From: an uncultured Alphaproteobacteria bacterium
Lineage (GTDB): Bacteria; Pseudomonadota; Alphaproteobacteria; Rhizobiales; Kaistiaceae
Direction of reading: 5' to 3'
Length of the DNA: 64,000 nt
Assembly (NCBI GenBank): GCA_963830205.1
Contig: CAWHLP010000009.1
Location: forward strand, 28,072-92,071
Positions 58,539-64,000 of the stretch are shown here, piece by piece. Below the pieces are notes generated by a model. That model saw nothing but the letters and a program-made list of their open reading frames with translations. It did not search any database and had not been told where the DNA came from. The position numbers and the translations under genes are program-made. How positions within the stretch are numbered: position 1 is the stretch's first letter; each line of letters opens with the position of its first letter.

Positions 58539-59774
58539 TCAGCCGGTCCACTCCACGATGTTCAGCCCGCTGTCATAGTCGGTGATGTAGGCAAGCCCGT
58601 CGGCCGCCACGAACACGTCGCCGGTGTGCAGCACCTTGGTGCGTCCGCGCAGCGGCTCGAACCACGCCCGCGGCGCCGCCGGCACATAATAGCCGATCTC
58701 CTCTGGGCGAAACGGGTTGCTGATGTCGAAGGCTCTCAGCCCGGCATTCTGGTAGGTCGCGAAGATGATCGACGAGCTCTGGAAGGAGCCGGGTCGGTTC
58801 TCATGAAGATTGTGGGGACCGAAATGGCCGCCCTTGCGCACGTAATCCTGGTCGCAGGGAATTGGAAACGTTGCGATCGTGACCGGATTGGCCGGGGTGC
58901 GGATATCGAGGACCCAGGTATGCTTCATCGGCTCCTGGTCGATGTCGAGCACGGCTTCATCGGCGACCACGAGAAGTCCGCGATCATGCAGCGGCAAGGC
59001 GCTGTGCGTTCCCCCGGCGAATGGCGGCGACCAATTGCGGCGAGCGATGAGGGCGGGCCGCGACTTGTCCTTGACGTCGAGGATCGCCAGCCCACCGTCG
59101 CGCCAGGAGCCGTAGGCGATGTCGTCGGCGACCACTGCGTGGTGCAGCGCTACCCGGCCAGGCCCCGCGGCGGTTTCCCCGCCGGCCGTCCACATGCCGG
59201 GCATCCACCAGCGGCCGACTTCAACCGGACGGGTGGGATCGTTCAGGTCGACGATGATGAGGATGTGATCGGTGAAGCCGTCCAGGATCGCCGAGGCGTA
59301 GGCGTAGCGGCCGCCGACCCAGAAGATGCGGTGGATGCCGAGACCTTCGACCTCGAGAAATCCGATCGCGCGCGGCTGGCGCGGATCGGCAATGTCGTAG
59401 ACGCGCATACCGGCGGAAAAATCCACGCCGCGCTTGCCGAACTGCGCGCTGTGCATGTTCGGGATCGAGCCGGCGTAATAGTCCCGTTGCGAGATGTACG
59501 ATTTGAAGTCGAGTTCCTCGACGGCGAGCATGATGTCGCCGTGGGTCTGCAGGTGGATCGACCAGGAACTGCTGTGGATCGGCACGAAATTGACCGGCGT
59601 CGGCCGTCGCGGATCGCGGACATCCACGACGCTGATCCCGCGGCTGATGCGATGGCCGAGGAAGGCATAGCCGCGCTCGACCATGACCTGCATGGCGTCG
59701 CCGCGGCCGTTCAGGTCGGATTGTCCGACGAAGCTGAAGTTCCTCGCCGCCTCTGTCGTCCCGCTGCCCGTCAT
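58539..59774 (-). CDS. LVIVD-repeat-type beta-propeller protein, cytoplasmic (paralog B)
   Basis: Collinear with 52319..53566 (ARNFSFVGQSDL..., ISVVDVRDPRRP, MRVYDIADPRQP, ILIIVDLNDPTRP, LRAFDISNPFRPEEIG). No signal peptide. Confidence 0.7.
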   Translation of the reverse strand: MTGSGTTEAARNFSFVGQSDLNGRGDAMQVMVERGYAFLGHRISRGISVVDVRDPRRPTPVNFVPIHSSSWSIHLQTHGDIMLAVEELDFKSYISQRDYYAGSIPNMHSAQFGKRGVDFSAGMRVYDIADPRQPRAIGFLEVEGLGIHRIFWVGGRYAYASAILDGFTDHILIIVDLNDPTRPVEVGRWWMPGMWTAGGETAAGPGRVALHHAVVADDIAYGSWRDGGLAILDVKDKSRPALIARRNWSPPFAGGTHSALPLHDRGLLVVADEAVLDIDQEPMKHTWVLDIRTPANPVTIATFPIPCDQDYVRKGGHFGPHNLHENRPGSFQSSSIIFATYQNAGLRAFDISNPFRPEEIGYYVPAAPRAWFEPLRGRTKVLHTGDVFVAADGLAYITDYDSGLNIVEWTG

Positions 59775-60820
59775 GTCCGGCGCTTCCTCGTCAGCACTTC
59801 GGGATTGACGATGTCGGGGCAGGTTTCACCCCGCGCCACCGCCACAAGATTGCGGGCCGCGCGCCAGCGGCGATCGAGGAAGACCTCGAGCGAGCGCGCC
59901 GCCACGTGCGGCGTCACTAGGACGTTGCTGAGCGTGAACAGTTCGTCGCGCGGGTCCGGCGGCTCCGGCTCAAAGACGTCGAGCGCCGCACCGCCGAGGA
60001 GGCCGGACTTCAATCCGTCGACAAGCGCGCCCGGTTCGACAAGCGACGCCCGCGCGGTGTTGATCAGCACCGCGCCCGGCTTGATGCCGGCGAGGCTGCT
60101 CCGATTGAGCAGGTGACGGTTCTCGCGGGTCGCCGCGCAGTGAAGCGTCACGATGTCGGACCGGGCGAGGAGATCGCCAAGGTCCGTCCACACGACATCG
60201 CCATCCGTCGGATGCGCAAATGGATCGTGGACGAGGATCTTCACATTCCAGCCGCGCAGCCGCTGCGCGACCGCCCGCCCGATTCGTCCATAGCCGATGA
60301 TGCCGACCGTCGAACCGTCCAAGGTTCCGGAGAATTCCTCGCCCTGCCGCCAGCCGCCCTCGCGCATGTGGGCAAGGGTCCAATGCGGCAGGCGTTTGAG
60401 CACCGCCAGCATCGCGGCGATCGCGTGTTCGGCGACGGCGACGACGCCGGCGGATTCGGGCGTGTTGGTTACGACGATTCCGTGTTCGGTCGCCGCAATC
60501 AGGTCGATGGAGTCGGTGCCGATGCCGATCTTGGAGATGAAGCGGAGTTCGGGAAGGCGCTCGATGACGCTGCGCGTGAAGTGGGCGGTGCTGGCGCCCA
60601 GCACGGCGGCGAAGCCCTGCGCATCGGCGACGATCTGGTCCTCGCTGTAGCGCCCAAAGCCCGGCACGCGGTCAGCCCGACCCGTGTGAACATCGACGCC
60701 GTTCTGGCGCAGCCAGGCGAGCGAGGCGTCGCGCGGGTCGCTGCGATCGAAGGCGAGCAGCTTCAGGCTGGCGCGATCGGGCTTGAGCGTGGTCGGGCTT
60801 TCATTGGTTTCGGCTGGCAT
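59771..60820 (-). CDS. D-isomer-specific 2-hydroxyacid dehydrogenase family protein
   Basis: GIIGYGRIGRAVAQRL NAD fold. HCAATRENRHLLN and TPHVAA catalytic region. Start at ATG 60820; GTG 60883 (overlapping the upstream stop) is an alternative. Confidence 0.85.
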   Translation of the reverse strand: MPAETNESPTTLKPDRASLKLLAFDRSDPRDASLAWLRQNGVDVHTGRADRVPGFGRYSEDQIVADAQGFAAVLGASTAHFTRSVIERLPELRFISKIGIGTDSIDLIAATEHGIVVTNTPESAGVVAVAEHAIAAMLAVLKRLPHWTLAHMREGGWRQGEEFSGTLDGSTVGIIGYGRIGRAVAQRLRGWNVKILVHDPFAHPTDGDVVWTDLGDLLARSDIVTLHCAATRENRHLLNRSSLAGIKPGAVLINTARASLVEPGALVDGLKSGLLGGAALDVFEPEPPDPRDELFTLSNVLVTPHVAARSLEVFLDRRWRAARNLVAVARGETCPDIVNPEVLTRKRRT

Positions 60821-60879
60821 TGTCTCTGGTCCGTGTTGCCGTGTGCTCGGGACAGGGATCGCGCCGCGCGCGCGGCAGC

Positions 60880-61755
60880 TCACCCGAGATCGAGCATGGT
60901 CCGCGCCTCACCGGGGCTGGCGATCGATCCGCCGAGCAGTTCGACCAGGTCAACGGCTTTGTCGACGAGCTGCGCATTGTCGCGGCACAGCTCGCCCTGG
61001 CGGATATGGATGTTGTCTTCCATGCCGACACGGACATGGCCTCCCAGCAGCCACGCTTGCGCCAGCATCGGGAACTCGTGCCTGCCGATGCCGAACCCGC
61101 TCCACACGGAGCCGGGCGGCAGCTGGGAAACGAGGAAGAGCAGCGTCTCGGGATTTGCGACCGCGCCGTAGCGTACGCCGAGAACGAACTGGACCAGCAG
61201 AGGCCCTTTGAGAATCCCTTGCTCCAGGAAATGTCTCGCCATGTGCAGGTCGCCGCTGTCGAAAATCTCGATCTCGGGCCTGACACCGGCGGCATAGATG
61301 CGCTCAGCCATGCGCGCGACGCTGCGCGGCGGATTGATGACGGCGGCCTGGCCTGACCACATCGTGTCGAAATCGAGCGAACAGAGTTCGGGCTTGAGCT
61401 TCTCCACATGGGCGACGCGGGCATCGGGATGGGCGAGCGTGGTTCCGGCCGCGGCCACGCGTGGCTCATCCTCCGACGGAACGAAGCGTCCGCCTTCGCC
61501 GGTCGTGATGTTGAGGATCACCGAGGCGTCCACGTCGCGAATGCGGGCAACGACTTCCTCGTAGAGCGCCAAGTCCATGGAGCCCTTGCCGGTCTGTGGA
61601 TCGCGCACGTGAAGATGGACAATGGCGGCGCCGGCCTTCGCGGCACCGATTGCGGCCTCGGCAATTTCTTCTGGCGTGACCGGGAGTCCCGGATGCTGCT
61701 CCCTGGACGTCAGGTTGCCGGTGACGGCACAGGTCAGGATAGTCTTGCGTCCCAT
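60880..61755 (-). CDS. Beta-keto acid cleavage enzyme (BKACE/DUF849, 3-keto-5-aminohexanoate cleavage family)
   Basis: MGRKTILTCAVTGNLTSREQHPGLPVTPEEIAEAAIGAAKAGAAIVHLHVRDPQTGK is the family-defining N-terminus. 291 aa TIM barrel size. Confidence 0.85.
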   Translation of the reverse strand: MGRKTILTCAVTGNLTSREQHPGLPVTPEEIAEAAIGAAKAGAAIVHLHVRDPQTGKGSMDLALYEEVVARIRDVDASVILNITTGEGGRFVPSEDEPRVAAAGTTLAHPDARVAHVEKLKPELCSLDFDTMWSGQAAVINPPRSVARMAERIYAAGVRPEIEIFDSGDLHMARHFLEQGILKGPLLVQFVLGVRYGAVANPETLLFLVSQLPPGSVWSGFGIGRHEFPMLAQAWLLGGHVRVGMEDNIHIRQGELCRDNAQLVDKAVDLVELLGGSIASPGEARTMLDLG

Positions 61756-62121
61756 TCCTGCCTCGGGGGCCCGGCCCAGACTCTGGACGGCGCAGCCGCA
61801 GATGCCAGGCGAGGTGCTGGCACCAACTCTGCCCGTTGCTGCGTAGGGCTAGCTGGGAACGGCGGAACGGAACAATCGGATAGTTGCGATTTTCCGCTCG
61901 GTGGAAAATGTGGCCGACAACGCGCCGAATGCCCCCGTGGCGGCCCGCCGAACGCCCGGCGGCGATGATCGCCGAGGAAATCCGTCGTCATGTCGATAGG
62001 GAACCGCCACTCAACGTGGATTGATCCTACGATAGGATTTGATATACCTCAAATATCATCATACTAATGATGCTACCGCGAGAGGAGCAGGATTGCTCCT
62101 GCACATTGGAGGGAGAGAGTA

Positions 62122-63108
62122 ATGAAGAAGTGGCTGGTAGTAGCGGGCGTGTGCGCCTTTATGGCGAGCCCGAGCGCATATGCTGCTGCCGACCTCAGCT
62201 GCGCCGGCAAGAACTTCGTGTTCTTCCCTGGCGGGCCCGAGGGCGGTCCGTTTGCTTCGATTGTTTACGCCGGTGCCAAGGCTGCGGCCGATTTGACCGG
62301 CTGCAAGGTCGACTATGTCTGGTCGGACTGGAACCCGCAGAAGATGGTCCAGCAGTTCAGCGAGGCGATCGCCCGCAAGCCTACGGGCATCTCCATCATG
62401 GGTCACCCGGGTGAAGAGGCCCTTGGACCGCTGATCGACCAGGCTGAGAAGGCGGGCATCATCGTCGTCGACTCGAACGTGCCGCTGCCCAACAAGCTGG
62501 CCGAATACCAGGCCGAGGGCTTCGGCTATGCCGGCGCTGCGGACCTGCTCGCCGCTGGCTCGACCCTGGGCAAAGGTGCCGTGAAGGCCTGCGGCCTGAA
62601 GGAAGGCGACACCGCCTTCGTATGGGGCCTGCTCGGCCAGGCCGGCCGTGGCCAGCGCACCCAGGGCGTGCTCGACGCCTTGAAGGCAGCCGGCGTGAAG
62701 GTCGTGTACCAGGAGATTTCCGACGCCATCAACGCCGACTCGACCCAGGGCATCCCGGTGTTCGCCAGCGTCGCGGCGTCCAATCCCGACCTCAAGGCGA
62801 TCATCACCGATCACGGCGCTCTGACGGCCACCATTCCTGCCTATCTGCAGGCGGCCAACAAGAAGCCGGGCGAGATTTGCGGCGCCGGCTTTGACCTCTC
62901 GGCCCCGATCGTCAAGGGCATCGAGGACGGCTACATCGCAGTGGTCGAGGACCAGCAGCCCTTCCTCGAGGGCTTCCTGCCGGTCATCCAGATGTACCTC
63001 ACCTCGAAGTGGGGCTTCGCCGGCATGAACATCGACACCGCTTCGTCCCTGATCACCAAGGACAACATCGCGGCGGTCGCGGCTCTCGCCAAGGAAGGCG
63101 TCCGCTAG
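62122..63108 (+). CDS. Sugar ABC transporter substrate-binding protein (RbsB-like)
   Basis: ATG after GGAGGGAGAGAG. Signal peptide MKKWLVVAGVCAFMASPSAYA. Type-I PBP strings (GIIVVDSNVP). Confidence 0.85.
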   Translation: MKKWLVVAGVCAFMASPSAYAAADLSCAGKNFVFFPGGPEGGPFASIVYAGAKAAADLTGCKVDYVWSDWNPQKMVQQFSEAIARKPTGISIMGHPGEEALGPLIDQAEKAGIIVVDSNVPLPNKLAEYQAEGFGYAGAADLLAAGSTLGKGAVKACGLKEGDTAFVWGLLGQAGRGQRTQGVLDALKAAGVKVVYQEISDAINADSTQGIPVFASVAASNPDLKAIITDHGALTATIPAYLQAANKKPGEICGAGFDLSAPIVKGIEDGYIAVVEDQQPFLEGFLPVIQMYLTSKWGFAGMNIDTASSLITKDNIAAVAALAKEGVR

Positions 63109-63202
63109 GCATCCTGGCGACCGACAGCAAGAAACCCGAGGCGGAGCGTCACCTGTGGCGCTCCGCCTCATCCTGCCTCCAGCACGTCATGTGTGTTGAT
63201 CG

Positions 63203-63967
63203 ATGATAGCCAACGGCCCCCTTTTGGAAATGAAGGGCATCCAGAAGTCCTTCGGACACGTTCAGGTCCTCAGGGACATCAACCTGGAAATCAACAGCGG
63301 CGAGATCGTCGCCCTTATCGGCGACAACGGTGCCGGCAAGTCGACGCTGATCAAGCTCATCACCGGCGTGCATACGCCCACCGCCGGCGAGATCTACTTC
63401 AAGGGCAAGAGCATCGGCGCCCGCGACGCGCGTTCCTCTCGCGCTCTGGGCATCGAGTGCGTCTATCAGGAGCGCGCGCTGGCCGAGCAGCAGGAGCTGT
63501 GGCGCAACGTCTTCGCCGGCCACGAGCGCACCACCTTCCTCGGCTTCCTCGACCTCGCCGGGCAGCGGCGCGAGACCGAGAACCTGATGCGCACGCGCAT
63601 GGGCCTGACCTCGTCGGCGATCACCGTCGACAGCGAGGTCGGCGGCCTCTCCGGTGGCGAGCGCCAGGGCGTGGCGATCGCCCGCGCGCTCTATTTCGAC
63701 GCCGATCTCATCATCCTCGACGAGCCGACCATGGGCCTGTCGATCACCGAGACCGAGCGCGTCCTCAATTTCACCCGCTCGATCCGCGAGCAGGGCAAAT
63801 CGGCGATCTTCATCGATCACAACATCTTCCACGTCTACGACGTGGCCGATCGCTTCATCATCATTGATCGCGGCCGCATTGCCGAGCGCTTCCTCAAGTC
63901 CGAGGTCACCCGCGACAAGCTGGTCGAGACTATGGTGGCCCTGCACCATGCCGGCAAGGTGAGCTGA
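63203..63967 (+). CDS. Sugar-type ABC transporter ATP-binding protein (single NBD)
   Basis: LEMKGIQKSFGHVQVLRDINL, GDNGAGKST, LSGGERQGVAIARAL, IILDEPT. Confidence 0.9.
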   Translation: MIANGPLLEMKGIQKSFGHVQVLRDINLEINSGEIVALIGDNGAGKSTLIKLITGVHTPTAGEIYFKGKSIGARDARSSRALGIECVYQERALAEQQELWRNVFAGHERTTFLGFLDLAGQRRETENLMRTRMGLTSSAITVDSEVGGLSGGERQGVAIARALYFDADLIILDEPTMGLSITETERVLNFTRSIREQGKSAIFIDHNIFHVYDVADRFIIIDRGRIAERFLKSEVTRDKLVETMVALHHAGKVS

Positions 63968-64000
63968 AACCCGTGACCACGACAACCCAAAGCCAACCCC

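Noticed and set aside
57615-60116. 833-aa plus-strand ORF
   Set aside because: Antisense to the binding protein, propeller B and dehydrogenase genes. No motifs.
62059-63171. 370-aa minus-strand ORF
   Set aside because: Antisense to the sugar-binding protein gene, which has an SD, a signal peptide and a PBP fold.

Overview
GC-rich alphaproteobacterial chromosome segment. The synteny looks Hyphomicrobiales/Rhizobiales-like: secA, accA, xerD, aroK-aroB, bolA/J-domain/cobS-cobT, rpmB, fdxA-carD-rpoH. All calls come from reading the ORF translations and the DNA by eye; no searches were run.

Layout:
- (1) 1-29.4 kb is core housekeeping DNA.
- (2) tRNA-Arg(CCT) at 29433-29509 marks a switch to about 20 kb of accessory DNA. 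It holds small orphan ORFs and a decayed excisionase but no integrase. It also holds a GntR/MBL-hydrolase/TRAP transporter unit and an IS5-family transposase remnant. It further holds two tandem paralogous ~1100-aa beta-helix + 7-blade propeller proteins with duplicated promoter/leader regions.
- At 44.5-49.2 kb, within that accessory DNA, sits the most interesting locus. A divergent cluster combines an HPr-kinase-like::GT2 fusion, a second GT, a PF14907-type nucleotidyltransferase and a PqqD-family protein. These are arranged around a 128-aa ORF whose C-terminal 84 residues are about 75% threonine. No lasso cyclase, leader peptidase, rSAM or YcaO gene is in the window. I read this as a candidate undescribed leader-guided poly-Thr phospho-/glycosylation system. 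A 275-bp MITE-like element closes this segment.
- (3) 49.6-64 kb is a catabolic/transport region. It holds IclR, an HpcH aldolase, a cupin, two LVIVD-type propeller paralogs flanking a Liv-type ABC importer with a fused LivH-LivM permease, a 2-hydroxyacid dehydrogenase, a BKACE enzyme and a sugar ABC system.

Three otherwise intact genes (CNNM/CorC transporter, M48-LysM protease, GntR regulator) each carry what looks like a single-base insertion frameshift. These are either assembly errors or real pseudogenes. No rRNA and no CRISPR array were seen. Long ORFs antisense to real genes are GC-driven shadows.
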